In this document: positions 53,148 through 64,000 of the stretch, one piece after another
Numbering within the stretch: the stretch's first letter is position 1
How the letters are laid out: each line of letters opens with the position of its first letter
Source: Eledone cirrhosa
Lineage: Eukaryota
Direction of reading: 5' to 3'
Length of the DNA: 64,000 nt
NCBI GenBank assembly: GCA_964016885.1
Contig: OZ024740.1
Coordinates: 92,690,001-92,754,000, forward strand
Translations under genes and position numbers: made by a program
The notes under the pieces: generated by a model
Database searches by the model: none
Seen by the model: only the letters and a program-made list of their open reading frames with translations
Told to the model about the DNA's origin: nothing

Positions 53148-54137
53148 CAAATAACGAAACGAAATTAAATTTCGTTTCGCTTCTAACTCACTTTTGTATG
53201 ACTGACGCTTAAACAATTAAGTTAAAGTGTACATCTACATATGTATACGGAAGTATTAGTATGCATATAAATACACACATGTATACATATGTACATGTAC
53301 TCAGCTTTTCACTAGACACTTTACAGTGAGTGTCAGCTAGTCTGTATGTAACCACACAGACGGACCGGGTTTTAGAGTCATACGGGTTTTCAAGGAAACA
53401 CATTTCCTCTATTCTCCAGAGGGCCAGACAGGAATATTGGACTAGTTTCGATGTTATTACATCTCATCAGCAATATTTACCCATCTTCCGGCTTCTCTGG
53501 AGAATTGTAAAAGCACATATCGTTATATGCTTTTTCTATGAAAATTAGTAGTGGGTAGACCAATTTGCATAGAACGTGAGTCATTGTACGCACCGGTTCA
53601 GCGGAAACGATAAAAACAAATAACGAAATTAAATTTCGTTTCGCCTCTAACTGACTTTGGGATGATTGACGTCAGTCATACAAAAGTGAGTTAGAAGCGA
53701 AACGAAATTTAATTTCGTTTCGTTATTTGTTTTTATCGTTTCCGCTGAACCGGTGCGTACAATGACTCACGTTCTATGCAAATTGGTCTACCCACTACTA
53801 ATTTTCATAGAAAAAACATATAACGATATGTGCTTTTACAATTCTCCAGAGAAGCCGGAAGATGGGTAAATATTGCTGATGAGATGTAATAACATCGAAA
53901 CTAGTCCAATATTCCTGTCTGGCCCTCTGGAGAATAGAGGAAATGTGTTTCCTTGAAAACCCGTATGACTCTAAAACCCGGTCCGTCTGTGTGGTTACAT
54001 ACAGACTAGCTGACACTCACTGTAAAGTGTCTAGTGAAAAGCTGAGTACATGTACATATGTATACATGTGTGTATTTATATGCATACTAATACTTCCGTA
54101 TACATATGTAGATGTACACTTTAACTTAATTGTTTAT
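53143..54137. mobile_element. Retrozyme-like fold-back, about 468-bp monomer, centre tgac|gtca at 53670/53671
   Basis: Near-perfect inverted arms (identical 72-aa and near-identical ORF pairs on opposite strands); (TA)n flanks. Confidence 0.9.
53869..53913 (+). ncRNA. Canonical type I hammerhead ribozyme (mirror copy at 53433-53477 on -)
   Basis: AAUAUUG CUGAUGA GAUGU AAUA ACAUC GAAAC UA GUC CAAUAUU; stem I is extended by attctccagag/ctctggagaat. Confidence 0.92.
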
Positions 54138-55227
54138 ATATATATAATTTGAACTTTAAGAGAATTCGGAATTAAATATTTTTCCGTCTTCGCATTCTTC
54201 TTGTAAAAAGACACAACACTTAGAAATAACAATTCATAAATTTGTAATTCTAAGTGGGATTTGTTCAGTCAGTTTTCAAAAAAATAAATTATAAAATGTT
54301 TCGCTAATAATAAGAGTACAACTGCTAGAAACGTGTTGATTTTTTGTAATTACAACAGGCAGCTGAATATGTAGTAAGATACGTCTAACCTGATTTGTGA
54401 GAATAGAAAAGATAATTATATGTATACGAACACAAGCACAGCTACGCTACAAACTCGTTTTAATTTAAAATGATGTTTCGCTGTATGGATATAGAGAAAT
54501 TGGTACAAAGAAAAGTTTGTTTTTTCGCGAAATAATTGTCTTAATATACAGCTCTGAACAGTTCATATTAATAATACAGCAATTAAGATATAAGGAGTTA
54601 TCCCATGGGAATAAATTTGAGGAATGATATCTGTGAACAAGTGTTCAGTTAAATGCCATATAATATTCATTATGACTTTTCTAGAGAAAATATGAATTAT
54701 AGTATATTTTCTATGTATAACGGACAATATTAATATATTTATAAACACGTACACTCCCCCATCAATATACTCATACATTTATAGGATATGCAATATGCGT
54801 ATTTATTCACTGATACATAATAATTATGTAGGATGAGGTTGGTTTTGTCTGCACAAGGAACGAATCAAATTTAATAACGATAATAACAAGGTATGTATTT
54901 TACATGTGTGACATGACAAAATACGCGAAATGACATAAAGGTGATGAATCGATTAGATTTAACATAACAGGGAAAATGGAAGATCAAGGAATATTTCTTC
55001 AGTTTATGCGAAAATTACGGAAGGCATATTTTATAAAAATCGAGTTAAGTTCAAAAGAACTCAGGAAACAATGATCACAAAAGGAGCAATCATCCTGAAT
55101 AGGAGTGTGAGAGCGTAAAATAAGATTAGGCTAATTTTTTTAATGTGAAAATATAATCAATTTCGTATTTTTTTCTCTAGATTTTTTTTGCTATTGTTCA
55201 TTTAATGTATGCCTGAATATGTATATG

Positions 55228-55290
<63 letters not shown>

Positions 55291-56117
55291 GGGGGGGGCG
55301 CACGCGCGCACGTGTGTGTGTGTGCGTGTGTGTGTATCTGTGCGCGCGCGCTCGTGTTTCTATAAATCCTTAAAACTCAATACGTTGACTGACCTGTATA
55401 GCCCATATAGAAAGATTAATGATAAGTTAAATTACATTAGTAAGCATTCCATCCACCTTAGCGGCATTATACTAAATCTGATAAAAAACACCTGTTATAT
55501 GCATGCGTTTGAGTATATTATATGCGTATATGTGCGAGTAGAGGTATGTGCATGTATACATTTGGACGAGAACCTCCAACTGCACGTGATCTTACTGTAC
55601 ATGCATGTATACACTACATCCTCGTTCCACGCCGGTTAGCACACACGTTTTTACAAACCTATTTCCTATATATCTACTATTAATTATTGCTTTTCCTATC
55701 ATTAATACCTTCAGTTATTTCGTTTAATGATGCTACTTTTATTTTATTTTCATCATATTCTATACATGGTAGTTGGAGTCCTTCGGGTATTCTAAAAAGA
55801 ATATTATACTCCCGATTTTTCCATAGCAAAATAGACTACATGAGCAGAAAGGAACAACTCCAGTGAGATGCCACGATGTCTATAGCGAATATTTTTATGG
55901 ATCTATGAAACATAGCATCACAACTCTTAAAGCAAAAGCTGAAGAAGACGACTACAAGGAAATTGGCAACGACAATTATAAATAATAATCAAATGATTGT
56001 GTAAAGTACTATTGTGCACTACAACTCATCAGAGGTGCATGTATAATACATAGAATAATGTACAAATGTCAGGAAAATGAACTGTGTACGAGTCATGAAA
56101 TACATGTGTGTGTGTGT

Positions 56118-59100
56118 ATGGAGTAGTGTTGGCGAATCACAGGTGTAGTGTTGGCAAATCTCAGGAAGCATGGAGATGTTTAATGATGCAATGTCTCGAC
56201 AGCTAACAACTGATGCAGCTAGTTTGTTCCATGCTTCGGCAACTCTGAGCGTGAAAAGGTGTTTCGGAAAGTCATGGGAGCTGTGTTATTTTCTGACTTT
56301 CTAGGCATGCCCATGTGTGTTAGACACGTGGAAATCAAAAAGGTGCTCAGGGTTGTTGTTGGCAAGATAGTTAATGATTTTGTGGGTGATTACCAAGTCA
56401 GATCGTATCTTCAATGTATCCATGCCCAGTGAAGCAAGGCTTTCAGAGCGTGGTAGATGCCCAATGGAGGGCACTCGCATGGTTGCACGTCTCTGAACAG
56501 TTTCCAGGTGGTCAATGTTGTGAGCAAGATAGGGGTTCCATACTGGTGTTGCGAATTCTAGGTAAGGCTGCACCATACCTATATACAGCTTTAAATAGAT
56601 AGCTGGAGAGCGACTGATAAGGTCATGCTGAATGATTCTAAAACAGCTTCGGTCTTGTTTACAATTTAGAGAGGTGTTTCGTCCAACGCAAATCCCTGCT
56701 GACAGTAATGCCCTGGTCACGTTCACAAGAAGACTTCTTGATATTAGTGTTGTGGAGGGAGTATGTGGACGCTGGGTTTTACTTCCAAAATGCATGTATG
56801 GTACACTTGTCCATAGCCAACTTGAGTTGCCAGACGGTGATCCATTGTTGCATTGTGTCCAGATGTGAAAGCAGGAAAGATTTATAGTGTTCAGGATCTG
56901 TCCTTGTTATCCCAAAGTACAGCTTGATGTCTTCAGCATATTTCCGCACTGTGGCATTCTTTAAGTTGGCATCTATGTCATTAATATATGCCACAAACAG
57001 AATGGGGCCAAGAGAAGATCCCTGTCGTATCCCAGATGAAATCTCATACGGTGAGGAATGCTGTCCTACAACCGAGACTACCTCTCTCCGACTGAAAATG
57101 AAGGACTTCAAACAGTTAAAAAGATTACCCTTCTCAGCCATTGCAGATAATTTTGCCATAGGTATGTTGTGTAGCACAGAATTGAAAGCTTTAGCAGATT
57201 CAAGGTAAATAATAGCCACCCATGTGCCGCCATCAGTGATCCGGGTGATGTCTTCAAGAAAATCGATAAGTTGATCACAGCAGTTGGAGTTATGGATAAA
57301 TCCAAATTGCGAGGGCAGGATAAGACTGTGAGAGTTCCAGAAGTTCTAAAGTATTTCTCTGACACAGGATTCCATCAGTTTGGCAATGTAGCTGCTAAGT
57401 CTGACTGGACGATATTTGACAGATGATGAGCGCTCACCCTTTTTGAACAGAGGAATAACACTGGTAGTTTTCCACGGTTCATGAGTAGCACCGTTGTTCA
57501 TACAGAATCAAAAGAAGAGTCATAGATGGTGCAGTAGCTAGTACCCACAGCATTTAAGAAGCAGGTAGGTAACACCAAAACCAGGAGAGGCATGGTTGCG
57601 TTTATTTTTAAGGTGACGTCACAGCATTGCAGGTTAAAATTCCATAGTTGTAATAGAATCTGATGACAGTGGTGGTGGGGATGCTACCCTTTGATCTTCA
57701 ACAGTGAAAATGCCTGCATATTATTCAGCAATGAGTTCTGCGCATTATTTGCGTCAGCAGTAATCTGGGATGTCTTTACTGCTTGCGTGGCACCGAAGCT
57801 GCACATGCTGTCCATATTGATTTAATGATATTCTGGAGTACAGTGTTGACATCTCCAGACTCGTAAAAGTCATGCCCGTTTGGACGTTGCAACTCGGTGC
57901 AGTAACAGATCGAGCCTGCTTTATTCCAATCAAAGTGAGCAGTCTGGAGATGGTTGTGGATATTTTACTGTCCTTTAGGGACAGATTGGCAATGATCATA
58001 GCATGATCAGAGTCACCTAAAGTTTCCTCAGTAGTAACACTAATAACTGTTTCAGGAGTAGTAGTGAAGAGTAGATCCAAAGTGTTGTCACCTCTTGTCG
58101 GTGAGGTTACTACTTGGGATCATTTCGAGCCTAGCACTAGCTCAAGGAAATCATTTGCACTCTGCGGCCAGCGAAAGGTTTCCCAGTCAATCTCAGGGTG
58201 ATTGACGTCCCTGCAATAAAAAAACACAAGTGTCTGTTTCCCTGGCATCAGCTCTGAGGATATCATGATGTTGAGTGTCCTAATGGTAATTTGGGGGACG
58301 GTAAAAGACTCCAAGTAACAGTGTTGACATGGCCATACGTATATCGCAGAAAAATATTTATTGATGCGATTGGTTCAAATCAACACAGGGAATTGTTGAA
58401 AGGCTTCACGAACGTAGTGCATTACACCACCACCACCTCCTCCACGATTAATGCGGGCTTTACGAACCAAATAGCCAGTTATGCTGAAAACCTATCGCAG
58501 ATTAAGGAATGTGCCTATGTTTCCGTGAATGTAATGTTGTCATGGTAGATACTTTTGAGGTAGGAGTAAAAGGGATGTATATTATTGCATAGACTACGTT
58601 CATTTAAGGACAACAAGTTGTACCTTGATTTCAGTCTATGGTTATGTGCAGGGGATCGTAGGTTGTTCTGATTTAGTTTCCCAGACTTTTGTCAGTTTTT
58701 CATTGCCAGTTGTGGTTACAGTGTTTTCAGAAAAGCTGGTATCACTTTTCCATGTTTCACCAGACTTAATACATTTCCATATCTGCCCATCATCACCTAG
58801 GCTGAAGCTTTCATGTTGTGCTGAGTTGCGGTTTAAGGAAGCTGCAGCACGCAGCTTCGAGCGTACATCAGGGGGGCGACCAGGTCGTATTCGAAAGTCA
58901 ATCCGACGTTCACGCCAAGCTTTATCAGAGGCTAAAATATATGAACGTGCCCCAGTTGAGTTACAAAAAAAGACAGTCTCATTAGCCCGGGTTTCGGACC
59001 TGGTCGGCCAAGGGGGAGAGCACCCTTCGGGGGAGCACTGCCGAATCTTTGGATGAATTGTCAGCAAATATCTGAAAACCAACTATGTCTTCTGTTACAC

Positions 59101-59300
59101 CAATGGCAATCACTCCGTGGTTTACAGATTCAGTGGTATTCTCAATACGTCTAGATTCGTCAAGAGGTACGCGGAGATGTTTTCACAAGGCCCTTCGGTA
59201 AGTTACCTCATTGTGAGGTTGTACACGAACGCTTGATTTGATTCCTGCTATTTCACGGCTTAAAGCGGAAAACATTTGCCGTAATTTCGTTCGTTTTCAA
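56118..59300 (-). mobile_element. CR1-group LINE, near full length and degenerate (ORF1-like region, APE, RT)
   Basis: DVNHPEIDW, DLLFT..LGDSDHAMI (APE); YLESAKAFNSV, GIRQGSSLGPILFVAYINDI, KYAEDIKL, PYLEFATPVWNPY (RT). Confidence 0.9.
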
Positions 59301-60138
59301 CATGCATGGTAGGGGAAGACACGGTCGTCGGTTGTTGTTGAGAAGTAAGGGGGGAGGAAGTCATGGATTGATGTTGTTGGAGATGTAGCGGATGGGAGTG
59401 TGCTGTTCAGTATGTGGGCGTGAAACCTGATGAATTTATTATGGTAACTATGATTAATTATTCTGGAGTCATAGAACAGTGGTGACAATAGCAGTAATTA
59501 TATTTGCACTGCATTGTACAATGAAAGGGATTTCGATAATGAATGTATACATAAAAGGTTTTATAAAGTCATATTTTGCAAATCTCCTGCGAAAAATGTG
59601 TATGAAAATTGATAATCAATTAAATAACTGATCAACACAAAGTTATTTTAGAAAATATAATCGTATTATTTTCATCAATGTTTATTCAATTTTGAAAAGT
59701 ATACAGAAATGAAATACATGTTCAATTTTAAATTATAAAATAATACGTTAAAAGAAAAGAAAAGATTAAATGTAACAGTCGTCATCAGTTATGTTATGTA
59801 TATATAATATCGGTTTGATGTTTATGCTAGTATATTAATATTAAAAGAATCTTGTTAACTTGTTCAAATATCTTCTCTTCACATTAACTGTTGCATCAAC
59901 AGAACGTATGCTGTTAAGTAAAGAGTGTATACAGAAATATGCACTCTATAATATTTATTACAACATGCAGTATGAGGTTTGTTATAATAATAGCTGCATA
60001 CATGAAGGTTGTCTATATATAGACAGATCAAATATGCTTGTCGTATAATTTTACCATATAGGCTTGAAAATCTATTACTTGTAGGCAAAGCGACTTCATT
60101 ATATCGTCTGTCCTGCTAACAATAATCATTTCATACAG

Positions 60139-60223
60139 TATATATCCAAACAGGCTGTCAAAATGTGGGAACTAAATCCAATGTTATTGCAAAGATCATA
60201 TATAATCCCCGCAAAAGAGAATT
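60139..60223 (+). other. Candidate host exon (85 bp)
   Basis: Branch-like tgctaac, catttcatacag| ... |gtgagt; two frames open. Confidence 0.35.
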
Positions 60224-62324
60224 GTGAGTATATGTCTTCGAATACCATGTATGTTTTAGAGATCAGTTACAGAATGTAGGTGCTGAAAGAACCACATTAA
60301 CGATTAACAGTTCATAATTTACTACGATTAATGAATATCAGCCTATACTACATTATGATTTCTTCAAAGGGAACATGTTTATTGATTAAAATAATTTTAA
60401 ACATACGTCTTGGAACCATCAGCCGCTGGTTATGATATTGCATACATGAGGATACAAATCAAAATATCATTGATTGAGATGGGGCATTCGTTGCAATATA
60501 TTCTCATAAAAATATCGAGTCTGACATATTTCAATGGCCTATCGATTCAATATATCTATGTGTATATATGATCATTTCAACCACCTCCATAAGTAAACAT
60601 ATTTGTCTTTCCGGTCAGCAGCAATTATTTAGCACACTTGACTCCGAGAAATCTAGCTAAACGTATTTGTAATTATTGATTGTTTTTTATTTATATCTAC
60701 CTGATCGCATTCATAAAATTCAGTGAAAACAGGTGAATTTCCAAAAGAAGCGTGGTAACATAAGAAAGGATATGATTTGAAATGTTCTTAATGTATGTTT
60801 CGTAAAATAATTGTCATACATTACCACACGTTATATAAACTAATGCAATATAACAATTTGTGTAACAATGTTTAAATATAAATAAGTCACTATAATTCAT
60901 AATATCTTTAGCAGTCTTAGTTTCACAGATACATCAATAGCTAATTTATTACTGCATGTATAATAGGTGTGTATTACATACTTCAACAGCTTTATAGAAT
61001 GGTTGAATTATTTGTTTAGATTTGCGAATAAAGAGTCATGTATTTGTCTTTTCTCTGACGCCGGATATTCGCCTTGTGACTGGTTGCTATATTCAAGATA
61101 GCTGCATGACCTGCAACTGATGATAACAATCAGGATTATCTACCTTGATGGGCCAGGCAATCGTTCTTTTGTTTGATTCCTTCTGAGAATTTCTATGGAT
61201 TGTTGATGCTGTACATGTTAGATCCTTTGATGCTAAATGAATGTTGGGTAACGTAAAGGAATAGTAATGTTGATTAAATGAAAATGAAATTCCATTAAAG
61301 AAGACCTGCCTTATCCAGAAAACTGTATTTCGATATACGTTCAGTTTAGATTTCTGCAATTTGGAATATATTCCTTCATCGTAATGTTCTTTGAAGGTAA
61401 ATAATGAATATGCTAACGCCACGTACACTATTCAATCAGTATTCTGATATGGGCACCTTTTAGAATTAACCTGGATAAATGATAGTAGTATAGGTATTTA
61501 TAATTATAATTCCGATACATATATTTTGAGAATCATGGATATCTGATGAATGAAAGTTTTATTTTTAAATGCTGCATAGCTCTTCTTAATGGACAGATAA
61601 TAATTGAAAAAAATGAAATATTTTTATTAAGTGCGTTTACAATGGACACTATTAAATAGTATCAAAGTGGGCCACATCATATATAAAATTACAAACACAT
61701 TTGATATGCTTATCATCTCTGTTGAAAACAAAATCAATTGAAATAATATAGGCCAACATTGCATTCACCTTGAGTATTCACATGTGTTGAAACATGTTTA
61801 AATGAAATATAGGATATATTTCGTTTAAAATCATGTTCTGCAGTATAGTCTGAAATGAAATATGAGACATCTTTCATTTAAAGTTTACATTTAAAGTTTA
61901 CATTTAAAGTTACATCTCATCAAATCTTCTTTAAAAGATTACTAATTGTTATTCAAATAAATATATATTATTAAATAAATGCAAATTGCATTCAGAATTC
62001 TGTGTTTCTAAAATTATATGAACAGTTATTTCTTTCACTGTTTCTTAATCTGTAATAATTGACACGGATTCATTGACATTGTGTATGACATGTAAGAAAG
62101 TTGTTGAAAGTATCAAGCTAATTGTTGTGCATTTATAAAATCATGTTTAACACATTTCTTTAGGAAATGAATGTGGATGTCTACTCACACACATGATTCG
62201 TGATAGTCGGTTCCGGAATAATCAATTCTCAAATGCAACGCAATGACACTCCTACATTCAGAAACACAGTTAAAATAGATTGAAAGATACATTGAAAGTT
62301 CGAATTCTCTCTCTTTCTTTTTCG

Positions 62325-62550
<226 letters not shown>

Positions 62551-63241
62551 TTGCTTGAAGGATGTTTCGTTATTCATTGAGAACGTCTGAACGACCAATT
62601 GAATGGAACGGAATGAGTGACATTTGGTTATGTTTCGTTTAAAGGAAGATATTTGCAAACGATGTTCTCATCACGCGTGTACTTGACAGGTTTAATCCAA
62701 GTCACAAAATATTTAGTTCCGCTAATGATAACAATTAAATTAATTGTTTAATATTAGGTTGTGAATTTTCTAATTGAAATTCACTTCCTGTTATTCTTGA
62801 TATCCGATATTGTTAATCAATATATTTTATGTCTTTATTACTGAAATTCCAGATAGTAAGTGCTATAATAGAAAGCTATCTGTTGACATGTTATTATTCT
62901 CTCAAATGTTTCCAATTTGCTGTCTGAAAGCGAAATTCTCGAGACAGAATTATATTTTTTTATTTAAATAGATATAATATTTAAGCTGGATACGTTTTAA
63001 GAAATTAAAACTGTGATGACTTGCATTAAATCCAAGTGTGAATTGAATTATATCCTTATATTGTTAGATTTTTAATAAGTAACATTTCCCATGCGCCAAT
63101 GACAATGGAAATAATGACATGGAGATGAAACAATTTAAATCTATATCTTAGAGTAATTCACTACGTTTCTCTTTAATTCTATATCAATTTATATATATAC
63201 ATACGCACTCGCGCGCACACACGTACACCCCCCCCACCCCG

Positions 63242-63291
<50 letters not shown>

Positions 63292-63548
63292 GCATATATG
63301 TGGATGTGTGTATGTGCGTGTGTTTATTTAACTAACCTATTCGATCGATGCAATTGCTTTCAAGGCTGCCCTTTAACTGTCTTCTTCACGTCCATTTTCC
63401 ATTCATTAGGACACAATTAATCAAGATTAGTTGTTCATTCTTGAGTCTCTCGTATATGTGTTGTATATTAATGTGCAACCAAAGCACAGGGAAAGTATAT
63501 CGATATACACACGTCCCACATTACAGACAAACAAACATTTATATAATA

Positions 63549-64000
63549 CTACCAGCAGTACCCAGCGTTGCCTAGGTAGATAACATAATATCTGCTTTGA
63601 TGAAAAGGTGTTTATCTTAGCGACTGGTTATCGATAACTCATCTATGGCCACGCACAGGTGCCCCTGAACTTTAAATGTAGGCACGAAACCGTCTTCCTT
63701 AACAATATTTTCTCCAAACGATGTCATCTGAAAGGCGGAGTTGTATTTCCGGATATATTCAAGGAAGTGCTTAGACTCCGTGGACGCGCCGATCCTCCAT
63801 TTCAGCAGCGCGTGCAGCGGCCGTCGACATTGCGTTTCTAGTTCGTCTTATTTCGGCATTTTGTAGTGCCTCACTTGCTCGTCTATTTGTCATACTTCTG
63901 CCTTGCGCCGTTTTCCGACCAATGCATTACTCTTCTTCGGAGGCATTATCTAAAGAGTAGTTTAAGCACATCTGGAATAGCATCAATGAAAGAAATTAAT
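63549..64000 (-). mobile_element. Internally deleted Helitron, 3' end inside the window
   Basis: Minus-strand ESKHFLEYIRKYNSAFQMTSFG..FVPTFKVQG (RepHel N-terminal region); degenerate 3' hairpin ctaggcaacgctggg..gtag similar to the end at 19752. Confidence 0.8.

Noticed and set aside
53330-54016. Two identical 72-aa ORFs as a duplicated gene
   Set aside because: They are a by-product of the inverted repeat, start at GTG and overlap the antisense strand of the ribozyme.
58642-59082. 146-aa ORF as a host gene
   Set aside because: It lies in the ORF1 position of the CR1-group LINE.
61093-61428. 111-aa ORF with an Ig-like W...LTCTAS pattern
   Set aside because: Stop codon immediately upstream, no convincing splice sites in frame and no recognisable family; left uncalled.

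Overview
AT-rich, microsatellite-dense eukaryotic DNA made up mostly of transposable-element remnants. A recurrent tRNA-type SINE resembles the one I recall from octopod cephalopod genomes, so the host is probably an octopod (inference, not verified). No intact host CDS is evident, and most ORFs in the track are microsatellite translations. Recognisable elements are at least five Penelope-like element (PLE) coding remnants, RTE- and CR1-group LINE remnants, a maT-like Tc1/mariner, a hAT(m)-like transposase and two internally deleted Helitrons. The main signal is non-coding: more than 20 type I hammerhead ribozyme (HHR) motifs, intact or degenerate, from about eight sequence families. They sit in PLE 3' ends and in retrozyme-like 310-480 bp tandem monomers. 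These repeatedly form head-to-head fold-back insertions whose 3' ends point outward into (TA)n tracts. Several cores carry a U3-A8 covariation instead of the canonical C3-G8. A few short splice-site-bounded segments on the + strand may be exons of an unidentified host gene. All coordinates and pairings were read by eye and are approximate.
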